The notes: a model not told the origin generated them from the sequence alone. DNA of 62,981 nucleotides, filler included, from Octopus bimaculoides (GCF_001194135.2; 6 parts of 6 records of this genome joined end to end with filler, not necessarily neighbours in it); one strand, 5' to 3'; shown: positions 1 to 14,799, counted from the whole stretch's first letter. Numbers and translations: made by a program.

Positions 1-279
1 TTTCTGTAAATCTTATTCTCACATTAAATGAGTCAACTTCCGGTAGGAATGTTTATATTTTGTAACTCTCTAAGAAAAAAAGAGAAAAAAGAAAAAACGT
101 CGACTTTTTGACGTACACACACACACTGACATAGAGAAATATCTTTTTTTGCAGAGATTACTTATAGCTTCGTCACTTTAGATATTATTTTGTTCCATTC
201 ATTTGACATTTGTAATCGTTTTGTTGTTTCGATTTAATTTTCTTAATACAACATTACATGGAAAAAAAAGGCACAAGGG

Positions 280-715
280 CAAGGTCACAAGGAGAAACGG
301 CTGAGATGACGGCAGAACGACGGCAGGATAACAGAGTCACATAACAAAGAAGAAGGCAAGGAGAGACTGGGGAAGATAGAATGCACGTCTCCAGGATGTG
401 AAACAAAGAACAAATAGTAGAAGACTTGCAGAAATGCCTGAGATGATGGCTGCGAGACTCTTAAACAACAGGGTGAGGAACGAAATAAGGACGAAGGCAA
501 TGGATGCACTCTTTCTGCTGATGTAGCTCTGATGAATAATATACACTCTTACTGTCACGTATTCTTATTCCATGGCAAAACTACAAATTTCTACTGCATG
601 AAGAGAAACGTTTGCATTGGCAATTTACAACCTGCACCAAACAAACTTATTCATTTATACAGCAGTGATGACCATATTGCAAAAGAATTCAGGAAGAACA
701 TCAGACAGTACATAT
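280..715 (+). mobile_element. Degenerate Helitron Rep/helicase N-terminal fragment
   Basis: Broken frames give GETAEMTAERRQDNR-type charged repeats, then HGKTTNFYC...NLQPAPNKLIHLYSSDDHIAKEFRKNIRQY. This resembles the Helitron GKV..L..PP..L..L....F..NIR.YN motif. Multiple stops; ends at (TA)n and a gap. Confidence 0.7.
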
Positions 716-3488
716 ATGTGATCAAATGTTTGGACGTATGGTGTTATATATNNNNNNNNNNNNNNNNNNNNNNNNNNNNNNNNNNNNNNNNNNNNNNNNN
801 NNNNNNNNNNNNNNNNNNNNNNNNNNNNNNNNNNNNNNNNNNNNNNNNNNNNNNNNNNNNNNNNNNNNNNNNNNNNNNNNNNNNNNNNNNNNNNNNNNNN
901 NNNNNNNNNNNNNNNNNNNNNNNNNNNNNNNNNNNNNNNNNNNNNNNNNNNNNNNNNNNNNNNNNNNNNNNNNNNNNNNNNNNNNNNNNNNNNNNNNNNN
1001 NNNNNNNNNNNNNNNNNNNNNNNNNNNNNNNNNNNNNNNNNNNNNNNNNNNNNNNNNNNNNNNNNNNNNNNNNNNNNNNNNNNNNNNNNNNNNNNNNNNN
1101 NNNNNNNNNNNNNNNNNNNNNNNNNNNNNNNNNNNNNNNNNNNNNNNNNNNNNNNNNNNNNNNNNNNNNNNNNNNNNNNNNNNNNNNNNNNNNNNNNNNN
1201 NNNNNNNNNNNNNNNNNNNNNNNNNNNNNNNNNNNNNNNNNNNNNNNNNNNNNNNNNNNNNNNNNNNNNNNNNNNNNNNNNNNNNNNNNNNNNNNNNNNN
1301 NNNNNNNNNNNNNNNNNNNNNNNNNNNNNNNNNNNNNNNNNNNNNNNNNNNNNNNNNNNNNNNNNNNNNNNNNNNNNNNNNNNNNNNNNNNNNNNNNNNN
1401 NNNNNNNNNNNNNNNNNNNNNNNNNNNNNNNNNNNNNNNNNNNNNNNNNNNNNNNNNNNNNNNNNNNNNNNNNNNNNNNNNNNNNNNNNNNNNNNNNNNN
1501 NNNNNNNNNNNNNNNNNNNNNNNNNNNNNNNNNNNNNNNNNNNNNNNNNNNNNNNNNNNNNNNNNNNNNNNNNNNNNNNNNNNNNNNNNNNNNNNNNNNN
1601 NNNNNNNNNNNNNNNNNNNNNNNNNNNNNNNNNNNNNNNNNNNNNNNNNNNNNNNNNNNNNNNNNNNNNNNNNNNNNNNNNNTATATATATATATATATA
1701 TATTGATACGCTCTTATTTGAAAAACAATGCTTAGACAGCTATGACTTAAAGTATTTGCGTCAAAAAAAATAAATACTAATCAAATACTACGATCATATT
1801 AATTACCTGATTTTCTTCCACAAATGATTCCATGCGCTCAAATTATAAACGATCGTCTATCTTACCAAGGCTAATATATACACACTTTACAAGTAGTTAT
1901 GACTCTTATATAACGTTATGTAAGTTATACATAAGAACGTGTAAACATTCTATATTCGCTGAATCAGACTGATTTATATGTAAGTGCGTGAGTGTTTCAG
2001 TATATGTGCGTCTCTGTCTGTGTGTATCTCCGTGTGTGTTTGCCTGTCTTTCAATCAGCATAGAAGCTACAAACTTTCTCGAACAAAATTAGTTTTATAT
2101 AATTAATCTTCATTAACAATCACTCACGATGATGCAACAAACTAATTACATCGCGTTACAAAGAAAAAATCAATGATTAACTTTTCACCAAATGAAAATA
2201 TATATGATTAAAACATCCGACTACATGTTGTAAAAAAATGTCCACATAGCAAAGAGAAAAGAATGCGANNNNNNNNNNNNNNNNNNNNNNNNNNNNNNNN
2301 NNNNNNNNNNNNNNNNNNNNNNNNNNNNNNNNNNNNNNNNNNNNNNNNNNNNNNNNNNNNNNNNNNNNNTAAATATATATAGAATAATAGACAGACAGAC
2401 AGATAGATATATATATATATATATACACAAATACGCGCGCGTGTATATGCAATGAATTAGTTTGCCCAAAGTAATGCATACAAACACGAACACATTGCAC
2501 ACTTCAGTGAGTAAACCATCTTATATTACTTCGCGTTCCATACGGTTAGACTACTTTTGACAAGCTACCCCTTTTCCTTTCATCATTGCGACTATCTACC
2601 ATAGACAAGCTTTAGGTGTGGTATAACATGCATCACCAACAAAAGCAATAACATCATAATGCATAACAACAGTTATAAATTATGGTAAAACTCATTAAAA
2701 ATTCAAAATAAATAGACACAATCAGAAAATCTTTTAATGTCTAGTCTTTCTTAATAATCACAAATTTCAATGAATCGTGAAGCAAATAATTACTATCAAC
2801 TATTCAACCGTTTCCAAGGTTACCGCTTCCTGATGTACATTGATAGGATATGGTTCAATACTAACTACACCTTGCATAATATTCCAAAAAGCAATTTTAG
2901 AAATCTCACAGCATATTTTTACATACTAGATGGAACAAAGATACTGGCGTCAATAACGCTGTTTTACCAGCAAATGCACAAACAAATAATGTATTTGCCT
3001 AAGGGTCAAACCATATAAACTGTTGCAACCGAAACTCATACTGCTTCCGAAAATCTGTTGGACGTTTAAAAGCTACTATGTCAATATACACTTGGAATAT
3101 GATGAGAAAATATATAAATTTTAGAATGTATATACGTGCCGTTTGAGATTCTGCATCTTATGCGTCTGTGAAAGGATTGAAATGTTATGTTATACGGAAA
3201 CTTTTTGTCCTAACTGCGAGCTTGTATATTTGTATAGACATACGTCCAAATATGTAAGAACTACGATATAGCACAGCAATAACTGCTCGTTTAAACATAA
3301 GCAGTTCATTTCTGTCAAATCCCACAACTGTCAAAGAATACAAAAAAGTTAGAGTAATGCCGGAGACCAATAACTGTACATATATACTCCGAAATACTTA
3401 ATAGACTGTTTTCGTAAATGAAACGCCTCTCTCCATCTCCCTCTCGCTCTATCTTTTTCTCTGTATACATAAATAATTATATGTGTGT

Positions 3489-3550
<62 letters not shown>

Positions 3551-3739
3551 TGTGTATGCACGCGTGTATATGTGTGTGTGTGTTAAAATTAAGGATAAAA
3601 TTTATATTAGATTTTATCAGGTAGTTAGCATCCAATCAAACAGTTTAGGCTAAATTAATCAATATATAAATGTATATCAAGGGCAAGCGAGTACGTATAC
3701 AAGCCCACCATGTATGTATATATATATATATATACATAC

Positions 3740-3788
<49 letters not shown>

Positions 3789-4029
3789 CGCACACACATG
3801 TGCGTGCAAATCTATTATTGCAGTTGCTCTTCATATGAAATCAAGTATCCATGTGAGGAAATTTGTGCTCAAAAGGGAGGAGTATGACTGGCTATTGCTG
3901 TTTAGTGGAATATGGGTTTTCTTAGGCATGAATTAATTGGTCAGAATAGTTATATTGTCAGTATATTTTCGAAAGATATGTTCGTCAGATGTTACCATAA
4001 CAATTCATAAACTTTCGAAAGAGCAAAAC

Positions 4030-4135
4030 AATTACTTTTGAAACAGCAGATCTCGAAGCATAGAAGGCTATACATGCTAGGATGTTCTTATTTATAAGTC
4101 TATGTGCTTCGAGATCTTTGGGGTCAAAAGCAATT
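4030..4135. repeat. Short fold-back / MITE relic
   Basis: agatctcgaagcataga (4048-4064) is the inverse of tctatgtgcttcgagatct (4099-4117) with a 2-nt indel. Weaker inverted flanks aattacttttga/tcaaaagcaatt. Confidence 0.45.
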
Positions 4136-7100
4136 ATTTTTATCAGTATTACAATGTGCAGGATATTCTACATTTAGTTGCCAGAAAAAAATGCTTGTTG
4201 ATGTACAAATTTCAATGTATGTTTCCAGTACATAAATACTAACGTTTTCTTGCAATTTTCATAAACATTTATCACAGAGGCTATGATGTTATAAAAAAGT
4301 ATATTGATAATAAACCACGACGTACAAATTGCCTATGTTAAATTGAAATAATCTAGTAAAGAGGAGAGTAAAATATAAAAATTGGGCATTTGTAAAATTC
4401 TTCTCAATTAAAGAGGACGCTGAAGTATACACTTAGCTTTCAGACTTTGTGTATTAGATCCGATTCACTTGAGATCTTACATCGGGGTAATTATCCTTCT
4501 AAAGCCAATTTCCCCAATGAAATATGTTTTTCAAGCAAATTTACAAACTTCATGGAAATACTGAATATTTTATCATTTTATATTTGTGTGAATGTTTGTT
4601 TATCCTCCTCCATAATTCCACTCGTAAATAATTGGTGTGAACGTTAGTAAACGGACACACGCGAAGACGATTTGAAATTACTTGCAGCATAACAAAATCT
4701 TGATGATATAAAATCAACTGTAAGAGTGTATGATTGGGCATTAAACATTTCTAAATGATAAAGCTTTTTATTAAGACTTGATACCTTTGAAAAGTTAACC
4801 AACAGGTATCTCATTACCAGAATTCCTGCAGAATCGAGATAGCACCAGGAACATGCTCAGTTTTATGACTACATAATAAAAGAAAGTTTACATTGATCTA
4901 AATTAATTATAGGTACACTTGATATTAAATATAATGTATTTCTTCTTTTATTTAGTATGAGATTAGCACTAATCGAGCAATCAGTAAAATAATTTCCACG
5001 CATATGTTTATATTATCCCATGTATCTTTATTTTCAAACTTGTGTTTCAGGCAGATGAAACTGCTAGTTGTAATGAGGCGTACACAACTTTCGGAAACAA
5101 TTTGAAGCAGTTTAGTGTGTATTGAAGATAGACCTTAACGTCTGTCGGTTTGGTATATCTCACTATGTTAATGCATTTTTATATTTCGCAATGATTTACC
5201 AGTAAAGTTTTGTCAACCGGGAAAATCGAAATCCTGTTTCTTTTACGCAAATTTCAATTTATTCAACGTGCCATACCATATTCTTAACTGCGGTTTATCC
5301 ATAGTTCTAGTTTTGCGAATATTTCCTTAGTAGCAGAATCAATATCGATATTTATGACCGATTAAGAAACTTTCATGTTAAAAAGGAGTTGATATTACTA
5401 TTTAATCCTAAGTGAGTCCTGACAGACACACTCGAGAAAATGCATGCAAGTCATAACCATGCCATTATTATCTTGAAACCTAGTTTGTTAAGAATCTGAT
5501 CAGCAAAGATATCGTTCATTGTTTTTCAGTTAAGGATATTATTTGGAAATTTTATTGTTATCTTCCTACAAATTGCACGATTTGTAAGTTCCTCTTTCCT
5601 TTAAAATACGGAGTAATGAAGAACCGTACCAACTCTATATACCAAATTCTTGATAACAGTCTCCCAATTTAATTGGGAACTTCTATACAATATTTTTAAT
5701 CCAATCACCAGCCACTGATTTACATTTTACCAGTAATTTATGTTCTAACTATACTTTCTACAATATTTCTTCAATATAGACACTGCACTATAAAGATGCC
5801 ATAAATTATGTCAGTTTAAATATTGCATATGTGTTGTCTCTTCAGAAATATTTACATTATGCTCAAGGTTTTGGACAACAAAATATCTTCAGCATCACTC
5901 AGGTGTCAGAATCACATGTGTACAATTTTATATGTTTTCCTACATTATATTTACGTCCACATCTTTAAACGTTACGTTATTTTAAAAGACAAGACAGATT
6001 TATTTGAGGTCGATTTAGCTCTCATTTCTTACAGGTCAAACCAATGCCTAGAGGATACACTGTACTGTTTTTAGGAGCTCATTAATTCAATATCTAAAAA
6101 AAAATCCATCTATTTTACCATATTTTGGTTCTAATCCAATAAAGCAGAAACATGAAACGCGTACAGTGTTTTTCAGTTGTGTGTCTTTAACAACTGGTAT
6201 TTGAAATGTTCTGAAACATATTCCAGAACCTTAGTCAAACCTTTAATCGATCACGTTTACAAAGTACTACTTTCTCCATCGCATAATAATTAGAATTTTA
6301 GGAAATGTCATTCATTATTGCCAAACCTCGATATCTCTCTTCGTCATCCATTTCGTTCCATGTAAAATGTCTACTTTTAATGAAATTGCATTTTCAGTTG
6401 CGTATGTGTGCTTACTGTGTGCGTGTATGTGTGTTTACTGTGTGCGTGTATGTGTGTTTACTGTGTGCGTGTATGTGTGTGTGTGTGTGTACGTGTGCGT
6501 GTGCGTATGTGTGTGTGTGTGTGTGTGTAACAGTTATTATCCATTTAAAATGTTTTCACAGTTTTGTTCATCGTGTGCAGACGATCTGAAACCTGTCTCA
6601 ATTGTTTCACTGCCATAATGGGTTTCTTCAATTCCATGCTGCAATAACAACACGATCAAGTGAATGAAGATTTCCAACAACCATTATAAAGCTAAAACTA
6701 TAACAACTGCGGTTTTCCTATTACGCAACTGAACATTTAAACTCTTCTTTGTTTGACAGGCTCTTTGAAAATTTATTAGAAACAATATTGAATAGAAGGC
6801 GATTTTGTAAATGCTGATAACCAACGTTACTGTCGAAATAATCTCCGTAGTTTAGGTTTACTTAAAGCAACAGAAATTCCTTATCTACTTATCTCACTTC
6901 AATGTTTGCAACATCTCAATATATATCAAAAGTAATTTTTAGCAGAATGCATAAACTATGTTATTCACAATCAATATTGAATAGTTTCAATAAAATTTTT
7001 CATCACGTTCTAGTTGAATATGTTGCATCTGAATCTAAATTCGACAAGTATTTATCTTACAAAATGTATACTCTGATGCAATCGATGTTTATTCCCGCAA

Positions 7101-7292
7101 GTTATTTTACAGTATGTTATTCTCAAGCGAGTTCAGGATTGGCTGAATGCGGCTCATTTAGATGTTGACATCGTTATCATATTTAAAGAAATATTTATAA
7201 CAATATGATTCTGATGTATGAATGGAGCCTATGCAAACAAGTCGTGCTACGATATAAATGCCATAGGTACATATGGACACTCAGCTCAAAAA

Positions 7293-7483
7293 CAGGAGTA
7301 TGGTTCATCATAGTTTTATGGAAAAAATATTACCTCAGCCACATCCTTGTTCCGGGTTCAGTCTCACCACGTGACACCTTGAACAAGTGCCTTCTACTAT
7401 AGTCCCAGACTGACGAAGGCCTTCCGAATTGATTTGGTAGACGGAAACTGAAAACTCATGCTATACATACATACATGCCTATT

Positions 7484-7519
<36 letters not shown>

Positions 7520-7553
7520 CACTCTCACAGGCACGCACACACGCACGCACACA

Positions 7554-7642
<89 letters not shown>

Positions 7643-7858
7643 GTACCAGAGTGTGTGTCTTTGAGCTTCTATTTGTCTCCACCACCGCTAGACAACCCGT
7701 GTTGATGTGTTTACGTCCATGTAACTTAGTGATTCGGAAAAATAGACGATAGAATTAGTACCAGACTTAAAGAGAAAAGCATTGGGGTCGATACATTCGA
7801 TTAGAAAAATTCTTTAAGAAGGTGCATGGCCGCAATCTACTAACTGACACAAGTAAAG
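7293..7858 (+). mobile_element. Octopus composite tRNA-derived SINE with internal microsatellite (older copy)
   Basis: Same modules as the 30286 copy (ccgggttcagtc...gatttggtagacggaaactgaaa...(TA)n(CA)n...gacaacc...gaaacaagtaaa) with more substitutions. Confidence 0.75.
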
Positions 7859-10334
7859 GTATATATTTTTTCTGATAGTACAATAAAATTAAAATACGAT
7901 TAAATATAGTTTCATACTCTCCTTTGTATAAAATACCTTTACACTTTACAATTACTTGTCCATCATAGATCTTATTATACTTACTTTAGCTCGACCTGTG
8001 CAGGGCTAAACCTAATTATTATCCCATGCTTCCAGTATTGTTTCACACAACTTTAGGTGTTTGGCTCTTGACAAGTAGCTTTCTTCTTAGCAGTCATATG
8101 ACTGATATCACTTCGGCAGCTAAACCTTTAGATAAATATTCTGTAATAAAGTTTCATTTATCAATGGTTCATGTACCTGATACGATCTGGGCATTTATTA
8201 TGTGTATCTATTATATTATATGCTATTTTTGACGTCTCCTTACCGATTATTTTCTTTGATATCCATAACTATCAAATACCATGGCTAAATTTTAAATAAT
8301 TCAAGCGAAATAGAAAAAGTGAAACACATTTTCTCCCGATTTATGTCGAATATTCACTTCGATATACATTACATATCTATAAGAGTGCAAGGAACGCTAC
8401 TAGTTATCAAACCCAACTGAAAATATCAGCCTTGGACATGGCTGAGCAACCAATCTGAACCATTCGGAAACCGGAGTTTTATTATTCGTCCTTTCGAACG
8501 CTGAATACAAAACGTAGATATCAAGATCTCTATTCGGGTGATTTCTCTGAGACACCATCTCATCCTTGTACGCCAATCCATCACAAGGTTACAGATTAAC
8601 AGTAGAGAGGAGGGAAGCAACGTTAAATGAAGTGTTTTGCTCAAGAATACAACACACAACCGGTCTGAGGATCGAAACTATGATCTCATGATTGTGGGTG
8701 AAACACCCTAACCAGTAAGCCTGGTACTTACACACATTATCGGATGGTGTTAATAATCGAGATCCGCCGTCCGTTGACGCGTTTTATTTTTCATCCCACT
8801 GAGTGTCAAATAAACTAACAACCTTGCCAAGCAGTCTTGGTGGAGTTACCAGTATAGTCGCTCATGAGCGACCTGACAATACAACAGAACACATTTCCTC
8901 GCTATGCATCCATTTCGATTTTGGGTAACAGGCACTTACTATGGTCGAGTGCCGACCAACGCCTTGTGAGAAGATACGGGAGACGATAAGTGTGCGGAAG
9001 TCCGTCGTATATGTACATACATATATACAAACATACATACATGCATATGTGTGCGTATGTGCATAAATATATATATATGTATATGTGTGTGTGTGTGTGT
9101 ATGTATGTATCTATGTATATATGTATGTATGTATGTATGTACGTCTCTGTCTCTTTTCATCCGCTCACCACCTGTCAACATGTGCTATTTTCCTTACTCG
9201 TATATAAGTTGGTTGTTTAGAGACTGATACAATAAATGCCTGATTTAAAGTAAGTTTTGGGGTTGATTTATTTATTCGACAAAACTCTTCAATCCTGTAC
9301 CTCAACATGGCTGATTTCTAATGAATAACTCAACTAAAAGATTAAAGGATTAGCCAATATTTAAACTGAATGAAACAGCAGTTCCATTTGTCTGTCTTGA
9401 TGTTTAAACTTGCATCTTGCTTTCATTAGCATCAGGTCGATCTAACCCAAAAAACGAAACAATGGGTCGACCTAAACTGCCATCATGTCACTGTGACTGT
9501 GAAATAATTATTTTAAGGGTACACATGTCCGATGAATACTCCGACATTTACATCACTTAAGTGAATAAGCAGATAGTTCATTAGGTCATAAGCCATAGGC
9601 CGAAATATATACACACATACACAAACCTACACAAACACGCACTCAGACACATACGCGAATATGTATATATGTATATATACATATGCATATATATTTTTTA
9701 TCTATATATAGGAACACACACAGGCATATGGAATATGTATAACGCGTTTATGTATTTTTTCTCTTATTTTTGTTTTATGTAGACCAATACAGAAATAGTT
9801 AATGTAACATGGTTGCCGTCCATCTAATTTACTGAATGTCATGGCCAATCACTTATATATCCTTTAATTGAGTTCTGCTGTAGCGTTTATTTCAGCTGGA
9901 AATAGAATGGCATTTCTAAAGAAACAGGTTACTGGTCTCTATACATATTTTTTCCAACTTAACACGCTGAAAGTGTGAATTATTGAATTTTAGCGAATGT
10001 GCTGAGATACGATACTTAGTCTATTTCACAGTGGACCTCGACGCTTTATAATCAACACGACCTGTGAGTACTGGGGCTGTATTCGACCTAAAAGACGAAG
10101 AGGCGAATAATTCATTTCAACTTGGATCGATATTGTTGAGAGTTATTCTCCCTCAACCGTACCTAACCATTCCAGTGGTTGTCTCGTAGCAAACGTCACA
10201 TACATCATACATTAATCTGCTTTTATTTCGCCTGCTACTACATTTTACTGTATCAAGGATCTACTACCTGGATGCATAAATGCACTTGCGCGCGTACACA
10301 CATATGTGTATGTTCGTAGTATGTGAGTGTATAC

Positions 10335-10414
<80 letters not shown>

Positions 10415-10745
10415 TCAGAACCACGTTAATACCTTAGGAGTGAAATTTAGGATTTCTCGGTTTCCTGTGAATCGATTTTGATAAAACATTTCCCAGCTGG
10501 TTTGCACACTATGGCAACCAAATTGTTATGTTTTCATTATTCTCTGTTACGTCATTTCTAATTTTATTTCACCTTCTTCAGTTTTGGGGTGAACGACGCT
10601 AATAGATCTTGAAGGAAAATAGCCCATCTAAACATTTTTGTTTCAGAAAATGAAGAGTAATGATTAGCATACATTGAGTATATATTTAACAGAAAAACCA
10701 TAATAATATTATAAAATTTATTACCATAATGATTTATTTAGCCAC

Positions 10746-11600
10746 ATGAGCGCCAAGGAAGAAACGATCTGATTGTGGGACCTCCAAGTCTGTAACAACT
10801 AGGGATTTAATGAATCTTGACTGCAAGTTACGTGGGAAACCTGGACAAACAAGCAAAGTAATTTCTAGCGCCTCCGGACTTCCTCATGTACCGAAAACCA
10901 ACAGCAATCGCATCCTCGGGACCATGACTTCCATGCAAAAATCCCTTAAAATGCCTCCTCACATGAGTTTGAGCCTTCAATGGACCCACAATACATGACG
11001 TTAGATTTGAGTTGTATTCTCTTCACTGAAGAAGCCAGGGCGACCCTTGACGGTTGAGCAAATGGCTAGGTCTATTTTGGAGAAGATCGTAACCAACGTT
11101 TACGATGTCAACAACAGGGTGGAGGAGTTATGTTGTGGTCTAGTATCATTGGGGACAGACTTATTGGCCCAGTCAAAGTGCCTGAAGAGGTTAAAGTGAC
11201 CGCAGCCGCCTACTGGAATCTCCTTAAAGAGGTCTGGGTTCCCTGGCCAGGTGACAAACTGCTGTCACTTCTAAGAACTCTCGTATTCATGCATGACAAC
11301 GCTCCTTCAAACTCTGCTAGGACCACCTAAACATTCCTAGGATCTTAGCGCATACAGGATGAAAAGTTGGTGTGCCCCACTAGCTTCTCCAGATCTCAGC
11401 CTTATCGAAAATCTTTGGTCCATCATTAAACAAGATGGTTATGTCGATGGATACCACTTTACATCGAAACATGACTTCTGGGCGACCATCAAAGCTACAG
11501 CAGAGGTAGTCAACCTGCTACTATTAAAAAATTGACAGATTCTATGACTAGTAGAGTTTTAGAAGTCACCCATCGAAAAGGTGCTCATGTGGTTAAATAA
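10746..11600 (+). pseudogene. Disrupted Tc1-type DD34E transposase
   Basis: Motifs ILFTEEARATLDG, QQQGGGVMLWSSI, LVFMHDNAPSNSARTT and PDLSLIENLWSIIKQD, spread across frames with stops and frameshifts. Confidence 0.88.
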
Positions 11601-11640
11601 TTCATTATGTCAATAAGTGTTATAAATTCATTATAATTTT

Positions 11641-11860
11641 AAGGCGGCGAGCTGGCAGAAACGTTAGCACTCCGGGCTAAATGCTTAGCGGTATTTCGTC
11701 TGTCTTTAAGTTTTGAGCTCGATTTCCACCGAGGTAGACTTTGCCGTTCATTTTTTCGGGGTCGATAAATTAAGTACCAGTTGCGTACTAGGGTCGATTT
11801 AATCCACTGGTCCGCTCCCCCAGAATGTTGGGCCTTGTGCCTAGAGCAGAAAAGAATATT
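11641..11860 (+). mobile_element. SINE (ggcggcgagctggcagaa family) inserted in the right TIR of the Tc1 element
   Basis: Same family as the 45.6-50.6 kb array; CpGs largely intact; interrupts the TIR alignment. Confidence 0.85.
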
Positions 11861-12299
11861 ATGGTTTTCTGTTGAGTATATACTCAATTTATGCTTAATA
11901 TGTACATTACCCTTCATTTTCTGAAACAAAAATATCTAGATGGGGTATATTATCATAATTCACCAAAAAACTGCAGAATGTGAAAAAGAAAAGACGTTAC
12001 ACAGAATAATAAAAACATGACAACTGAGAAATCCTAACTTTCACTCCGAAGCTATTAGCGTGGTTCTGGATATATATATATATATATATATATANNNNNN
12101 NNNNNNNNNNNNNNNNNNNNNNNNNNNNNNNNNNNNNNNNNNNNNNNNNNNNNNNNNNNNNNNNNNNNNNNNNNNNNNNNNNNNNNNNNNNNNNNNNNNN
12201 NNNNNNNNNNNNNNNNNNNNNNNNNNNNNNNNNNNNNNNNNNNNNNNNNNNNNNNNNNNNNNNNNNNNNNNNNNNNNNNNNNNNNNNNNNNNNNNNNNA

Positions 12300-13255
12300 T
12301 ATATAGTGGTGGGGGAGAATTCACAAAAGACGAAGACAGGTAATGTAGACAACAAACAGATGTATTAGTTTAACGCTCGGGAAGTGAAAAAGTTTTTAAT
12401 GTTTCGATCCTATGCTCTTCCACATAAAGGACACAAAGAAACAAGGAGAGAAAATAAAGAATGTGTAGTGGCTAGCGATCTATCATGGCGAATACCAGAC
12501 ATAGGGGTCACACAGGAGAGCTAGGGAGGAGGGGAGATAATAAAGTAGTGGTGATCCAAAAACGAAGGTGCGCGTGCGTTAGTATAAGCGAGCATGTATG
12601 TGCGTGTGGAAGAGGGCTGGTGACCTTGACGTGTGCGTGTGTGCATGTGTAGGTGTGTGGATCATGGTGGGCTGGGAAGTGGTCAGTGCTAGCGTGTGCG
12701 TGGTTGTGTGATGTGATGTGGTGTTGAGTATAATGGGGTGCGATGCGGGACAGGCGAGAGTTGGGAAGCAAGGGTGGGGGTGTGTTAGGTTGTGGATGGG
12801 GTAGAGCTGGAGTATGTGGGAGTGGGTGTAAGAGATGAGGTGGGGTGGGATGGCATGGAGAAGGAAGGTGGGGTTGGATTGTGTAGGGGTGGCTTTACGA
12901 AGGAGGGGTGACGATGAAGGGAGAGGGGAAGGGAAAAGGTAGGTAGGAGTGAAGAGAAGAGAGAAGGAGAGTAGGAATGACGAGAAGTAGGAGTCGGAGC
13001 AAGAGAAGAGAGGTGGGTGGGAAGAAGTAGGTGTGAGAGGAAGAGAGGAGAGTGGAGGAAGGTTAGATAAAGAGGGGAGGATAGTTGAGCCCTTGTGGCG
13101 TAAAGAAGCGAGTAGTGAAGATTAATCCCTATTCACGGCGAAGACGGGAGTCCGGGTGGCTCCTGTGCAAGGACAATCCGAACACAGACAGGTGTTGCAA
13201 AGAGTGACCGGTAGAGTAGAAATGGTGCGAGACCGGTGTGTCATTGCTGAGTCGG
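12300..13255 (-). mobile_element. Penelope-like element 3' part (end of GIY-YIG endonuclease plus tail)
   Basis: Minus strand reads IRLSNDTPVSHHFYSTGHSLQHLSVFGLSLHRSHPDSRLRRE*GLIFTTRFFTPQGLN. Its start matches the end of the 59.8-60.8 kb copy (gactcggcaatgacaccccggtctcg). C-rich tail follows. Confidence 0.85.
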
Positions 13256-13624
13256 ATATATATATATCAACATATATATAAACACGAGTGTGTGTTTGTG
13301 TGTGTATGTGTGTATGCGTGTTTGTATTTATGCATTGTGTGTGAAATATATTGCTTCTCGCGTGGGATGTGGAAGTCGATAATGCTACAAGTAATAGCTT
13401 TCATGATGTTGAGTTTCGTGAAATATAAAAAAGAAATAAAGTTGAAATCTGCCGTCTTTCGGGGGCGGGGGGCTTCGACTTTTTCCTTTGGAAACAACAT
13501 TCTAAATGCTCTCATTTCCAGTTAAAAAGAACATTTTTCTTATTTCTCAAAGGTTCTAAGTATTTACAACATAATCAATGTGTACATGCATATGTGTGTG
13601 TGTGTATGTGTTTGTGTGTGTGTG

Positions 13625-13657
<33 letters not shown>

Positions 13658-14146
13658 GTGTGTGCGTGTATATTTTCCAGTATGCAAAACTCTGTAACTC
13701 CTGTTAGCAAATGAAACGTGTAATAGAGAATATATAATAACAAGAACATCCATTTCCTTCTTTTTGTCATACTCAACAAATAATATTGTGATAATTCTCA
13801 ATTTAAAATGTATTTTCATTGACAGATAACATTAACTACGGATACAGGTTGACTGTAAAAATGGAATAAGCAGATATGCTTCAGGATAAACAGCTGGGAT
13901 TTACCCTAACTTCCTATATATACGTACATATACACCTGTGAGTGTATGACCAAATTACTTTCAGTGACATTGTATCATGGCATTCTCGTATTTTTGCTGG
14001 GATGTTTGACATGAAAATGTGTACTCCAGTAAAAATTTGCGATAGACTTACAGTATGTGATATATGTGTTGTAACAGTTTTCCATGGTTATGAGAAGCAA
14101 TGTAACCTTAGAATATGTTAATTGAGGCACAGCACGAATTATCGTG

Positions 14147-14196
<50 letters not shown>

Positions 14197-14799
14197 ATAA
14201 GTTTTTAGTTTCCTTAAGTTTTATTGAGTAAACAAATGGACGGACGAGAATATGTAATTCTCCAATTTTGAATATCAATACAGTGTACAATGTATATATT
14301 TTGTTGAGTTTGTTTATCTTTTACTTTAAAAAGAATTTTTAGATTGTATTCAAACGATTACTATAAAAACATCTGCCCTGCTGCGAATTAGATATGTTGC
14401 TGTATATGTAAATACTACAATCAACTGAGAGTAAACAATAATTTTTAAAGAACAAAGAACACATTTGTTTGTCTTGTATGCAAAATTATCAACTCTGCAT
14501 TGCTGAATTTGTGATAGGATCTTTTGACCCTTTGATATAAAGGTGAAGTGTTAAAAAATATATTTCGGTATATATCGTCTTCAAAAAGAGTAAGGCATAA
14601 GTAATCTCAAGATATTTGAATAGATTAACTGATATATTTTTTAAAATCAATGACTAATGCTAAAACTGTAACCGAACAACGCAGAAGTATGGAAAAACAA
14701 GAAAATCTGTAACAAGAAATTGACTGTTCTGCCATTCCACTGCCCTGATCCGTGGCTTGTAATAAAACACATTCAAGATACCAAAATCGAAAGTAAAAG

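Larger units (their letters stand above)
10414..12070 (+). mobile_element. Tc1/mariner DNA transposon with very long TIRs, flanked by (TA)n
   Basis: Left end ctcagaaccacgttaataccttaggagtgaaatttaggatttctc is the inverse of the right end (12025-12070). Inverted similarity continues inward to about 10755 and 11580. Transposase relic inside. Confidence 0.9.

Noticed and set aside
2964-2998. Minus-strand ttag|GC AAA TAC ATT ATT TGT (GKYIICLCICW), which would continue IPIIG like an M3 start
   Set aside because: In-frame TAA after 11 codons, weak pyrimidine tract, and 52 kb and two spacers away; probably chance.
3185-3370. Minus ORF containing VVGFDRNELLMF, faintly M4-like
   Set aside because: No supporting splice sites or conserved Trp; similarity too weak.
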